The notes under the pieces were generated by a model, which worked only from the letters and a program-made list of their open reading frames with translations, searched no databases and had not been told where the DNA came from. Positions 37,934 to 47,717 of a DNA stretch of 64,000 nucleotides are shown piece by piece; position 1 is the first letter of the stretch, and each line of letters begins with the position of its first letter. This DNA comes from Candidatus Roizmanbacteria bacterium RIFCSPHIGHO2_02_FULL_37_13b. Its GTDB lineage: Bacteria > Patescibacteriota > Microgenomatia > UBA1406 > HO2-37-13b. The stretch is taken from contig MFZK01000022.1 of the NCBI GenBank assembly GCA_001789395.1, positions 6,921-70,920 of the forward strand. The letters are read 5' to 3'. The position numbers were made by a program, and so were the translations under genes.

Positions 37934-38332
37934 ATGGAACCATGTGTTTTCTGCAAAATAATATCCGGAGAGATTCCTTGCTATAAAGTCTATGAGGATG
38001 AAAATTTTTTGGGGTTTCTTGATATTACACCAAGGACCGAAGGCCATTGTCTTTTGATTCCAAAAAAACATTATCGTTGGGTTTATTCTGTGCCAAATTT
38101 TGCCGAATATTGGATGGCTGTCCTAAAACTAACAGAAGCCATTCAACGATCATTAAAACCTTTTTTTATTACCTACGTCACTCACGGACTTGAAGTCGCA
38201 CACGCTCACATACATATCATACCCCGAGACCAATCTAATACCCAGTTTGTTCCTCCCATCCTATCCATAAAAAAGGAAAAACTAAAACAAATCGCCTCAT
38301 CTATCCTCAATATCACCACGACTGTTGTATAA
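37934..38332 (+). CDS. HIT (histidine triad) family protein
   Basis: CVFCKII...GHCLLIPKKH...HAHIHIIP. The ORF track starts at 37895; the ATG at 37934 fits family N-termini better. Confidence 0.85.
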   Translation: MEPCVFCKIISGEIPCYKVYEDENFLGFLDITPRTEGHCLLIPKKHYRWVYSVPNFAEYWMAVLKLTEAIQRSLKPFFITYVTHGLEVAHAHIHIIPRDQSNTQFVPPILSIKKEKLKQIASSILNITTTVV

Positions 38333-38373
38333 AATACTAGATACTAAATGCTAAATACCATATACTAACTATA
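38332..38373 (+). repeat. intergenic heptamer array (AAATACT-type)
   Basis: AAATACT AGATACT AAATGCT AAATACC ATATACT AACTATA lies directly after the HIT stop. Confidence 0.65.
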
Positions 38374-38376
38374 TAT

Positions 38377-39183
38377 ATGGAGCAACACGCTGTTCCTAGA
38401 CAAATCACAACTTTTGAATTTAAACTTATTGGTTTTTTAACTATCAAACAATTTGGCTCTTTGGTTTTTTTTGGACTAATTGCAGTTTTTTTATATTTTG
38501 CTGTCCCCATACCAATTGTCAATATTGCTTCCGCCATTGTGTCATTTTTAATCGGTGCGTTTATTGTTTTTGTTCCAATAAATGATCGGCCCGTTGATAT
38601 ATGGATTACGAATTTTTTTAGAAGATTAATTTCACCGTCACAATATTTCTATCATAAAATAAATTCCCCTCCGGATTTTCTAAAAAACGTCTTTATTTAT
38701 CCATCGCCAGACTTAATCGCTTCACATGTCGACGCCCAAAAAAAACTGGCTTCATATTTAAACACAACGGGAAAAGCAGTTGGTAAAGATGTAAAAAAAC
38801 AACAAATACAAAACATAATCTCATCATCAAAGGCAAATCCATCCATTGCGAAAAATCCACCAACGCCGGATACTAAAAACAACGAGGAACAACAAAAGCC
38901 CGTTTCACAATCTGCACCAACGCTATCTGGAGTGGTGAGAAATAGCAAAAACCTTGGTCTTCCAAATATTTTAGTTTATATAAGAGACAAGACGGGACGA
39001 TTAGTACGCATACTAAAAACTAATCACAATGGAGTATTTGCCTCATTCCATTCGCTTCCCGAAGGGAATTATTCTTTTGAAATTAAAGATTTGGGACAAA
39101 AGTATTTTTTTGATACAATGAATTTTGATCTGGGTAAAAACGCTCAAAAACCTTTAAGTTTTTATTCAAAAGAATTGCTGTAA
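38377..39183 (+). CDS. PrgI/VirB3-like membrane protein with C-terminal beta-sandwich (carboxypeptidase-regulatory-like) segment
   Basis: The N-terminal HAVPRQITTFEFKLIGFLTIKQFGSLVFFG plus 2 TM segments resembles PrgI family proteins. The C-terminal SGVVRN...GNYSFEI is CarboxypepD_reg-like. The gene lies upstream of the VirB4-like ATPase. Confidence 0.45.
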   Translation: MEQHAVPRQITTFEFKLIGFLTIKQFGSLVFFGLIAVFLYFAVPIPIVNIASAIVSFLIGAFIVFVPINDRPVDIWITNFFRRLISPSQYFYHKINSPPDFLKNVFIYPSPDLIASHVDAQKKLASYLNTTGKAVGKDVKKQQIQNIISSSKANPSIAKNPPTPDTKNNEEQQKPVSQSAPTLSGVVRNSKNLGLPNILVYIRDKTGRLVRILKTNHNGVFASFHSLPEGNYSFEIKDLGQKYFFDTMNFDLGKNAQKPLSFYSKELL

Positions 39184-39191
39184 AAAAATAA

Positions 39192-39845
39192 ATGAAAACT
39201 AAAAAGCCTACATCTCCGGTAAAGGCTTCAACTCAAGCGTTTATTGAACTAGAAACCGTCAAAGACGATGTGTTAATGCAACAGGATAAATCATGCTGTG
39301 TAATCATAAAATGTGGAGCGACTAACTTCGGCCTTCTCTCAGAGGAAGAGCAAAGATCTATGATTTATTCATATGCATCTCTTTTAAATTCGTTGTCATT
39401 CCCGGTTCAAATACTTATTCTCTCGAAGAGAATGGATATATCCTCATACTTAGATTATCTTGATATAAAAATAGCATCACAACTTGATGAAGGGATAAAA
39501 CAACAGTTGATTGGTTATAAAGAATTTATTAAAAATATTGTAAAAAAAAATACCATTTTGGAAAAAAATTTCTATTTTATCATTCCTTTTTCGCCGCTTG
39601 AAATGGGTCTTAAATCAGCACAGACTGGTCATCTCAACCGTGAATATGTTTTTACCCGAGCTAAAGCAGCGCTTTACCCAAAAAAAGATCATTTGCTTAG
39701 ACTGCTTAAAAAAACTGGTCTTAGCGCCGTCGTCTTACAAGAACAGGAAATAATAGAGTTGTTTTACAATTTGTATAATCCATCTCCTTCGGGAACAAAA
39801 CTGGCGCCAATTAATAGCTATACTACGGTAATTTCAACCGCATAA
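39192..39845 (+). CDS. hypothetical protein of the VirB3/VirB4-like cluster
   Basis: A 217-aa protein tightly packed between the PrgI-like and VirB4-like genes. Confidence 0.4.
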   Translation: MKTKKPTSPVKASTQAFIELETVKDDVLMQQDKSCCVIIKCGATNFGLLSEEEQRSMIYSYASLLNSLSFPVQILILSKRMDISSYLDYLDIKIASQLDEGIKQQLIGYKEFIKNIVKKNTILEKNFYFIIPFSPLEMGLKSAQTGHLNREYVFTRAKAALYPKKDHLLRLLKKTGLSAVVLQEQEIIELFYNLYNPSPSGTKLAPINSYTTVISTA

Positions 39846-39850
39846 ACATT

Positions 39851-41599
39851 ATGTTTTTTAATTTGTTTGGTAGTAAAAAAAATAAGGCACCAGCGGCTAC
39901 CAGCGCTGGGAAAGTCGTAGCCGCTGGTTTAACTTCAATAAAAGATATCGTCGCTCCATCGTTTATTGAGGTTGATTTTAATCATTTAAAAATTGGTGAC
40001 AAATACTATAGAACTCTGTTTGTTGTTGGGTATCCGAGATTTGTTTCTTCTAATTGGCTCTATCCCATAATCACCTTCGATCATCCTCTTTATATATCAA
40101 TGTTTATTTATCCGACCCAATCAAAAGATATATTAAAAGATTTAAAAAGAAAAATTGCCGAAATGGAAGCAACCATTGAAAGTGATATGAAAGCAGGTAA
40201 AGTTGTCGATCCATCCACTCAAGTTGCTTTAGACGACGCTCTCACTCTTCAAGCAGAGCTCGCACAAGGATCGGAGAGATTTTTCCAATTTGGACTTTAT
40301 GTCACTATCCCCGCTGACTCATTGGAAGAATTGAGCCAAACCACAAAAGAAGTCGATTCTTCTCTTTCGTCACTTCTAATCATCGCTAAACAATCAACTC
40401 TGGAAATGGAAGAAGGTTTTAAATCTACCCTACCGCTATTTGCCGATAGATTAAAAATATGGCGAAATATGGACACCACCTCTTTGGCAACGACGTTCCC
40501 TTTTTCTACCGCGTCTTTAACTGCTAATGAGGGTGTTTTATATGGTGTCAACGAACATGATGGGAGCTTGGTAATTTTTGACCGTTTCTCACTTGAAAAT
40601 GCCAACTCAGTTATTTTGGGTAAATCCGGGGGTGGAAAAAGTTTTTTGGTTAAGTTGGAGGTGTTACGGCTATTGATGATAGGCGTTGATGTTATTATTA
40701 TCGATCCGGAAAATGAATATCGCGAAGTTGCCCAAACGGTCGGTGGAGAGTACATCTCTTTTTCACTATCTTCTGAATACAAAATAAATCCTTTTGATCT
40801 TAATGCAGTAACTCCAGAACCTGATGAACTCGCTAATAAAATATTAAACCTTCATTCTTTAATGAGAGTTGTTATGGGAGAGCTTACCCCATCCCAAGAT
40901 GCAATGTTAGATCGTTGCTTGGTTGAGGTATATCGACAAAAAGGAATCACTGATGATGTTGAAACCCACAAAAAACAACCGCCGCTTTTAGAGGATTTAT
41001 ATAAGGTTTTACTTGGGTTGGAAACACCAGAGGGTCAAGAATTAGCACAGCGATTAGAAAAATTTATAAAAGGATCTGCTAGTGGAGTATTTAACCAACA
41101 ATCGAATTTTGATATAAAGAACAAGTTTACTGTATTTGGAGTTCGCGACCTCGAGGAAAATTTAAGACCAATGGCCATGTATATTATCCTTGACTATATT
41201 TGGAATTCTATCAGAAAGGATAAAAAAAAGAGGGTTTTGGTGGTTGATGAAGCTTGGTATTTGGTCAAATATAAAGATTCGGCTGAGTTTTTACACAGTT
41301 TTGCCAAAAGAGCGAGAAAGTATCAACTTGGGTTAACAACGATAACCCAAGATGTGGAAGATTTTTTGAATGTTGAGGAAGGAAAAGCCATTCTTACAAA
41401 TTCAAGCCTGCAAATATTGCTAAAACAATCAACAGCTGCGGTTGATAAAGTTTCGGAAATTTTCAATCTAACAGGTGGTGAAAAACATTTTCTTCTTTCT
41501 GGAGACGTTGGTGAGGGACTATTTTTTGCTGGCCAATCTCATGTTGCGATTAAAATAATTGCTTCCGATGAAGAGTACAAACTAATCACCCAAACCTAA
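39851..41599 (+). CDS. VirB4/TraC-like (DUF87-type) secretion ATPase
   Basis: Walker A GKSGGGKSFLVK, Walker B VLVVDEAWYL, and a C-terminal TQDVEDF segment. Confidence 0.75.
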   Translation: MFFNLFGSKKNKAPAATSAGKVVAAGLTSIKDIVAPSFIEVDFNHLKIGDKYYRTLFVVGYPRFVSSNWLYPIITFDHPLYISMFIYPTQSKDILKDLKRKIAEMEATIESDMKAGKVVDPSTQVALDDALTLQAELAQGSERFFQFGLYVTIPADSLEELSQTTKEVDSSLSSLLIIAKQSTLEMEEGFKSTLPLFADRLKIWRNMDTTSLATTFPFSTASLTANEGVLYGVNEHDGSLVIFDRFSLENANSVILGKSGGGKSFLVKLEVLRLLMIGVDVIIIDPENEYREVAQTVGGEYISFSLSSEYKINPFDLNAVTPEPDELANKILNLHSLMRVVMGELTPSQDAMLDRCLVEVYRQKGITDDVETHKKQPPLLEDLYKVLLGLETPEGQELAQRLEKFIKGSASGVFNQQSNFDIKNKFTVFGVRDLEENLRPMAMYIILDYIWNSIRKDKKKRVLVVDEAWYLVKYKDSAEFLHSFAKRARKYQLGLTTITQDVEDFLNVEEGKAILTNSSLQILLKQSTAAVDKVSEIFNLTGGEKHFLLSGDVGEGLFFAGQSHVAIKIIASDEEYKLITQT

Positions 41600-42702
41600 A
41601 CATTGGTTTCTTCTATCCTTACCGGCATGATTACGTGAATGAAATTGTCATTACCAACCTCCCTAAATAAACCCGGAGCGTTTTTATCAACCATTTCAAA
41701 TTGAATTTTTTTTGCTTTAGAAATACTTAAAAATTCTAAAACAAACTTAAAATTAAAAGCTATTATTTGCTCCTCGCCTTCCATCTCGATTGGTTGATAC
41801 ATTATCGAATCATCACCTGGAGACGATTTTGGCTTTATATACAAACCGTCTTTTTTTATATCCAGAACAATTGTATTGGATAATTCTCTGGCAAAAACCG
41901 ATGATAATTTAATATTACGTAGTAATTCATCTCTTTCAACAATGAATTTTGTCCGGTGTTGAGTTGGAATGACTTTTTGAAATGGGGGGAAATCACCGTC
42001 GATTAACCGTGAGGATATTTCCATCTTCTTAAGATCAAACTTAACCATTTTTTCAGTCTCAGATATTGTCATTTCTAAATCTTGGTCTTCATTTAGAAGC
42101 TTTGTTATGTCGTTTATTGTTTTGGCTGAAATAATTGTTTTTGGAAGTGTTTCTTTAGTTTTTTTTGTTACCAAAGACAATCTGAATCCGTCTGTTGCAA
42201 CTATATTTAGATTATCGTCAGATGTTTGAAAGTATATTCCCGTTAAAATCGGCCGGCTTTCGTCTGTGGCGGCCGCAAATATCACCAGTGATAAATAGTC
42301 GTTAATTAACTTCTTTTCGAGTATGTGTTTTTTTCCTTCAATTGTTGGTATTTTTGGGAAGTCATCGGCCTTAATAACTGGAAATGTTGCTTTTGTTTTT
42401 CCCATGCTTATAATCAAACTTGTGTCTGAAAATTCCAAATCTATTTTTCCTGACGGTAAAAGAGACAAATATTCACCAATTTTTTTTATATCGACAACAT
42501 TGTTTTTTTCTTCATTGGTGTCGTTTTTTAATTCCGTGTAAAAAAAATCATTTAAATTTGTTGTTGTGATTGCTATTTTTTTATCAAAAACTTGAATTAA
42601 GCCATTTTGCAATAGCGGGACCGATGATGTTTTTGATAAGGTAAATTTTTGGGCGTTAAAAATCTTTTCTTGTAAAAAATCTTTCAATATTGATAGTTTC
42701 AT
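41596..42702 (-). CDS. dnaN: DNA polymerase III beta sliding clamp
   Basis: A 368-aa protein with three-domain clamp length and periodicity, positioned directly after dnaA. Confidence 0.85.
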   Translation of the reverse strand: MKLSILKDFLQEKIFNAQKFTLSKTSSVPLLQNGLIQVFDKKIAITTTNLNDFFYTELKNDTNEEKNNVVDIKKIGEYLSLLPSGKIDLEFSDTSLIISMGKTKATFPVIKADDFPKIPTIEGKKHILEKKLINDYLSLVIFAAATDESRPILTGIYFQTSDDNLNIVATDGFRLSLVTKKTKETLPKTIISAKTINDITKLLNEDQDLEMTISETEKMVKFDLKKMEISSRLIDGDFPPFQKVIPTQHRTKFIVERDELLRNIKLSSVFARELSNTIVLDIKKDGLYIKPKSSPGDDSIMYQPIEMEGEEQIIAFNFKFVLEFLSISKAKKIQFEMVDKNAPGLFREVGNDNFIHVIMPVRIEETNV

Positions 42703-42832
42703 ATTAAATAGTAGTCTTAGTAAATGTGGTTAAGTTTATAACATCCCAATTACTATTTCAACGGATTTAGATAACAAGATAAAAGTTATATTTGTTAAAT
42801 AAACCAACGTGTATAGAAAGTGGATATATTGT

Positions 42833-44179
42833 TTATTGATAGAGGTTTTTGACTATCCTGTCAATATTTTCTCTTAATTTTTGGTCGTCGACAACTAGTT
42901 TTGTGATTTTTTCTACACCATGCATGATAGTTGTGTGATCTTTCTTTTTGAGAAAATTACCAATATCTTCATATTTCATTTTTAAACGATTTCTTAAAAT
43001 ATACATCACTATCTGGCGTGCTAAAGCAATATTTTCTTTTCGAACAGAGGATTTAATAAGCAAGGGCGTTATTGAAAAATATGCTCCAACGTTTTTTAAC
43101 ACGCTTTGTGGAGTAACGCGATCAAAACCTTGGCCGTTTTTAAAAAGCTCTTTTGTAACCATTTCTGGCGTAAAGACATTTTCTATCCCGGTTTCACCAT
43201 CTAACCTTAACATTTTTGAATAAAGTTCTAAAAGTTTACCTTCTAATTCTCTTGTATCTTCAACTTGTTGAGCGATAGTCTTAGCAACTTCCATGTCTAT
43301 TTTTATATTTCTCTCTTGAGCTTTTATTAACAAAATTGCCGTGCGAAGTTCAAAATCCGGCTTTTGGATATCGATAGATAATCCACCTGAAAATCTAGAG
43401 CGGAGTCTGTCTTCTAGTTTTTTTATTTCTTTAGGTGGTTTGTCTGAAATTAAAATTATCTGTGCCTTTTTTTTTATCAAGGTGTTGAATGTATGATAAA
43501 ACTCCTCTTGTATGTAGTTTTTTCCACCAATAAACTGAACATCGTCAATGACCAAAACATTCACATCTCTATATTTTTTTCTGAATTTATAAGTATTTTT
43601 TTCTCTTATTGACCCGATTAAATCATTGGTAAACTCCTCGGATGTACAATACAAAACCTGAATATCACCGTTAAGTTCAAGTGTTTTATTAGCTATAGCC
43701 TGAGCCAGATGGGTTTTGCCAACGCCAACGTCTCCATATATAAATAACGGGTTGTAGACATTTCCATAGTTCCCTGCCACTGCTTTAGCAGCTGAATAGG
43801 CAACGTTATTAGAATTTGACACAGCGAAATTGTCAAATATAAAATTATCATTTAAACCCGTTGTTTTTACATCTTTAATCTTTTCAAAGGTGACCATTTT
43901 AATTAAAGGAGTAATTGGGGGTTTGGTTGATTTTTTTACCTCTTTAACATCAAACAATATTGATATTTGTTCACCGCTCCAAACAGAGAAAAAATTACTA
44001 AGTTCGTCTTTTCTAGTATCCAAAAACATCTTAATACCCAAATTATCACAACTGACAAACGCCGTTTGTTTTTCAATATTGGTAAGGCTAGTTTTTTTTA
44101 AAACTGAGTTTAAAACAGGAGAAATATTTTTTTGTTCTACATAAACGAGAAACGGCAACCAAATTTTCAAGTAATTCAT
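42833..44179 (-). CDS. dnaA: chromosomal replication initiator DnaA
   Basis: AAA+ GDVGVGKTHLAQAI, VLVIDDVQF, and C-terminal DNA-binding KKDHTTIMHG. I prefer the ATG at 44179 because the GTG at 44203 lies inside the DnaA boxes. Confidence 0.9.
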   Translation of the reverse strand: MNYLKIWLPFLVYVEQKNISPVLNSVLKKTSLTNIEKQTAFVSCDNLGIKMFLDTRKDELSNFFSVWSGEQISILFDVKEVKKSTKPPITPLIKMVTFEKIKDVKTTGLNDNFIFDNFAVSNSNNVAYSAAKAVAGNYGNVYNPLFIYGDVGVGKTHLAQAIANKTLELNGDIQVLYCTSEEFTNDLIGSIREKNTYKFRKKYRDVNVLVIDDVQFIGGKNYIQEEFYHTFNTLIKKKAQIILISDKPPKEIKKLEDRLRSRFSGGLSIDIQKPDFELRTAILLIKAQERNIKIDMEVAKTIAQQVEDTRELEGKLLELYSKMLRLDGETGIENVFTPEMVTKELFKNGQGFDRVTPQSVLKNVGAYFSITPLLIKSSVRKENIALARQIVMYILRNRLKMKYEDIGNFLKKKDHTTIMHGVEKITKLVVDDQKLRENIDRIVKNLYQ

Positions 44180-44185
44180 AAATAA

Positions 44186-44227
44186 TGTGGATAAATTATC
44201 CACAATGTTATTTTAAAGTTATCCACA
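44186..44227. promoter_or_regulatory. DnaA-box cluster (oriC / dnaA promoter region)
   Basis: TGTGGATAA at 44186-44194, TTATCCACA at 44196-44204, TTATCCACA at 44219-44227. All three are perfect consensus boxes. Confidence 0.8.
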
Positions 44228-44328
44228 AATCAATCACATGTTTACTATATTAATTAATCAAAGGATTTAGTTGCTGTTAGAATAACGTAAAAACAAACAA
44301 TATGTAAAATATAGGATAATTAGAATAG

Positions 44329-45354
44329 TTAAAAACGTCGTTTAATTTTTCGAATCGATTCTATAAGCCAATTAATTACATAACTCTTATTGAGAATATA
44401 ATCTTGAGTAGGCACAAATTCAAGGATAAATCCACCAAACCCTTTTTTAAAATTAGTCAATCCTTTCCAGGGATGTTTTGTTTTATGTTCCGGTGCAATG
44501 CCCCAAAAATTATAAAAACCAAAACCATTTTCTTTTAAATATTTAATTATTTCCCATTGAATAATATAAGCAGAGGGAATTTTTGGATCGAGTAAATCTG
44601 ACGCCCCATGATGATAATATCCTGACGAGCCGTGTAAAATTATCATCGCTACCGAGAGAAGTTGAGACTTCTGAGTCGCGAAAAATAACAAAGCCTTATT
44701 TTCTTTAGAAAAGGTATCGAACTCAGTTTGTAAATATTTTTTACTGAAACCAACAAATTTTTGTCTACTTTCAGTTTTTTTATAAACATCATAAAACTTG
44801 TCAAAATCAGCTAAGCGTCGTGATGATGAAACGGAAATGTTATGTTTATCTTTTTGGTTGATTAAATAACGAGTTGTTTTTCTCATTTTTTTTAAAATTT
44901 CATCCTCGTTTTCTTTTAAATCAAGAATCCAACACATTTCCGAATGCATGTGTATCGGCGCTTTAATAAATCCCAGTGATTGAAAAAGATGAATATTTTC
45001 TTCTGAATTATTTAAAATAGGCGCTATTCTAATAAAACTGCAATTTTCTTCTTCCGCAAGTGTAATTAATTGCTTTTTTACCTCGTTTAATATTTGGTTG
45101 TATGAATGGGCATGTTGACTTTTATCAATAATGGGTCCATGTGGCACGAAGATAAACGACCCGCGCTTGGCTGTTATCTTTATTGATAAAAATATAGAAA
45201 TAATTATATTTCCTTCAAAGACGCCGAATCGCCAGATTTTATTGCCGATGTTTTGATTAAATTTACCCCAACACCAAGAATGTAGAAATGTATTTTCGTT
45301 TTTACAGATAAAATCATCCCAAGTTAAATTATCAACAATCGGCTTTATTTCCAT
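44329..45354 (-). CDS. FemAB-family peptidyltransferase-like protein
   Basis: A 341-aa protein. The FLHSWCWGKF N-terminus and tandem GNAT-like halves are typical of the FemABX family, from memory. Confidence 0.55.
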   Translation of the reverse strand: MEIKPIVDNLTWDDFICKNENTFLHSWCWGKFNQNIGNKIWRFGVFEGNIIISIFLSIKITAKRGSFIFVPHGPIIDKSQHAHSYNQILNEVKKQLITLAEEENCSFIRIAPILNNSEENIHLFQSLGFIKAPIHMHSEMCWILDLKENEDEILKKMRKTTRYLINQKDKHNISVSSSRRLADFDKFYDVYKKTESRQKFVGFSKKYLQTEFDTFSKENKALLFFATQKSQLLSVAMIILHGSSGYYHHGASDLLDPKIPSAYIIQWEIIKYLKENGFGFYNFWGIAPEHKTKHPWKGLTNFKKGFGGFILEFVPTQDYILNKSYVINWLIESIRKIKRRF

Positions 45355-45360
45355 GATTTT

Positions 45361-46602
45361 TTACTTAAAGGATAATGAATTTATAAAAGTACAAATTTTT
45401 TTTGCCTCGTCTGGTTTTATATTAATGTGTGTTGGTAAATTAATAAGTCGATGAACCAATTCTTCTGCATTTGGGCAGGAATCGAGTATGTAAAAAAAAG
45501 CGTTAAAATCAGTTTTTATCGGGGTTATTGGCGTACTATACCAATCGCCTAAATATATACCATTTTTTTTGGCTTGGGTAAGGACATGATTTTTGTTATT
45601 GAGTAAAATCGGATATCGTAAAAATATAGTTATTTCATCTCCAAAGTTATCCGATTTAATTAACTTTGTATAAATATCAGCTATTTGCCGACGATGTTGA
45701 TTGAAATCATCAATTTTTAATAGCTGATTTAAGGCTAATTTTGCCAAAAAAGGAGAAAACCGATAATCAATAAATTGAGGCATTTTGCCGATTTTTTCTT
45801 CATTGTATACAGCTTTTGACAACAGGTTTATTTTAAAACATAGCTTGATAATAATCCTTCCAATGATGATAGGATAGAGCAAGAGACTGAAATAATAAAT
45901 TGGATTAAAAAGTAACTGTTTTACTAAAAAAGATTTGGGCGTTTGTTGCAGTTTGTTTTCACAAATAGCGAGTTTTTTAGCTAAAGAAGAGTTTTTGGTT
46001 ACGATAGCGCCACCAAAGACCGATGAAATCATCTTATCCCGACCAAAACTAAAAAAAGCAACGTCACCAAATGAACCAAGTTTTTGTCCTTGATATGTCC
46101 CACCAAGTGAGTGGGCACAATCTTCGATTAAAATTAAATTATTCCTATCGGCGATTTGTTTTATCATCTTAATCTCAGCGGGTATTCCAAAGGTATGTTG
46201 GATGATAATAGCTTTTGTTTTTTGTGATATTTTCTTTCTGAGATCGTCAATATCCATATTCAAAGTTTTTTTGTCAACGTCGACATAAACGGGTTTTAAC
46301 CCGCTCCAAATTATTGAATTTGGCACTGCGACGCAAGTAAGCGCCTGAACGACGATCTCGGATCCTGGTTCTAAATTTAATGATTTTAATAAATAATATA
46401 AAGCCGCACGCCCCGAGGAAAAAACAAAGCAATGTTTAACGTGATAATAACTACAAAACCATTCTTTTAATGTGTTGATGAATTGGTTGTTTTTAGATTT
46501 AAACATTAAAGAAAGGACTTGTTGTAGAGCTAGTGTTACATCGTCGCCTTGGACGTTTGGGGCAAAAGAAGTGGTGATGGGTTTTTTTATCAAGTCAAAC
46601 AT
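45361..46602 (-). CDS. DegT/DnrJ/EryC1/StrS family aminotransferase
   Basis: IEDCAHSLGG, FSFGRDKMIS (PLP-Lys context). Confidence 0.75.
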   Translation of the reverse strand: MFDLIKKPITTSFAPNVQGDDVTLALQQVLSLMFKSKNNQFINTLKEWFCSYYHVKHCFVFSSGRAALYYLLKSLNLEPGSEIVVQALTCVAVPNSIIWSGLKPVYVDVDKKTLNMDIDDLRKKISQKTKAIIIQHTFGIPAEIKMIKQIADRNNLILIEDCAHSLGGTYQGQKLGSFGDVAFFSFGRDKMISSVFGGAIVTKNSSLAKKLAICENKLQQTPKSFLVKQLLFNPIYYFSLLLYPIIIGRIIIKLCFKINLLSKAVYNEEKIGKMPQFIDYRFSPFLAKLALNQLLKIDDFNQHRRQIADIYTKLIKSDNFGDEITIFLRYPILLNNKNHVLTQAKKNGIYLGDWYSTPITPIKTDFNAFFYILDSCPNAEELVHRLINLPTHINIKPDEAKKICTFINSLSFK

Positions 46603-47509
46603 TTTTTTTATCAGATAATAATTCAGTCATACATAAAACGTTATTATTTTTGGGGAAAAGCAGAGCTTTTTGAAGTATATCAACTCTTTTATTTTGACCG
46701 TTGACATCAATATCAAAATCGCACCCAGATGATAATTCAAGATGATCTGATCCAATCCACCCAAAGCCACCGGATTTAAAAGACCTGGCCTTATTGAATA
46801 AATATTCTGACGTTGGATCAAAAACATCTCCTGATGGCATTTTTGCCCATGCGTGCATATTGTTTTGATTATAGCCAAGATAATATCCAAACACCGGTAG
46901 ACATGAAATATTTAAAGCTGACATAAGTGAACAAAACAAAACAACAAATCCACCACAATCAACCGAAGGTTTGACAAGAGTTTCGTTTACAGAATAAAGA
47001 CCATCGATAGGATTGCCATAACTTAACTTAGTAATAACATAGTCATAAACAGCTTTAATATATGCATCTTTTTTTTGATCTTTGATTATGAGCTGGGATA
47101 CAATTTTTTTTATAGCGGTGTTTGTTGAGATGAATTGATTGTTTGGAGTAGGTTTTTCTTGAATGATTATGTTACCTCTTGAAACATTGGGAAGAATAGT
47201 AGCTTTAAAATAATGGGTAACAATTTTCACCTGTTGTGGTTTTAGATTTAACTCAACAACATAAAATTTATTCTTATATAGTTGGTCGGTGCTTATCTCG
47301 CCTTTTTGTGTAAATTTATTGGAAGTGATTATTTGATATGGAGTACTTTGAGGTATCGGGAAAACACAGTGGAGTCTTTCTGATGTTTTACCGTTGTTTG
47401 TAATTGTGACTTTATAATCAATTTGATAGCGTTGTTTTTTGAAATAAGAATTAAGCTTTAGATTTTGGATAAGTTGGTGATACAAAATCAATATGTTTTT
47501 ATTAATCAT
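46595..47509 (-). CDS. transglutaminase-like cysteine protease-fold protein
   Basis: DCGGFVVLFCSLMSALNI...NMHAWAKM...DVFD gives a Cys-His-Asp core. The ORF-track N-terminus (to 47587) is the antisense of tRNA-Ala, so I use ATG 47509. Confidence 0.55.
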   Translation of the reverse strand: MINKNILILYHQLIQNLKLNSYFKKQRYQIDYKVTITNNGKTSERLHCVFPIPQSTPYQIITSNKFTQKGEISTDQLYKNKFYVVELNLKPQQVKIVTHYFKATILPNVSRGNIIIQEKPTPNNQFISTNTAIKKIVSQLIIKDQKKDAYIKAVYDYVITKLSYGNPIDGLYSVNETLVKPSVDCGGFVVLFCSLMSALNISCLPVFGYYLGYNQNNMHAWAKMPSGDVFDPTSEYLFNKARSFKSGGFGWIGSDHLELSSGCDFDIDVNGQNKRVDILQKALLFPKNNNVLCMTELLSDKKNV

Positions 47510-47520
47510 TTGCACGGATG

Positions 47521-47593
47521 TGGACCTGACGGGGGTCGAACCCGTAACCTTCTGACTGCCAGCCAGACGCGCTGCCAATTGCGCCACAGGCCC
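47521..47593 (-). tRNA. tRNA-Ala (anticodon GGC)
   Basis: Minus strand: GGGCCTG-TG-GCGC...GCGC-G-TCTGG-CTGGCAG-TCAGA...CGGGTTCGACCCCCG-TCAGGTCC-A. The G3:U70 identity pair is present. CCA is not encoded. Confidence 0.85.
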
Positions 47594-47717
47594 TGTATTA
47601 TGACTTATATTATATATCGAATGGAGTTTTATTTAAAGATAAGGAACAATCTTGTTGACAGGGCAGGTTAAATCAGTTAGCATTAACTATTACCAAACAG
47701 ACACAAGTTAGAGAATA

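Noticed and set aside
44180-44203. GTG start of dnaA at 44203
   Set aside because: It would place two consensus DnaA boxes inside the coding sequence. The ATG at 44179 is preferred, though not proven.
47510-47587. N-terminal extension of ORF 46595..47587 (MAQLAARLAGSQKVTGSTPVRSTSVQ)
   Set aside because: This segment is the translation of the tRNA-Ala(GGC) gene on the same strand. The real start is taken as ATG 47509.
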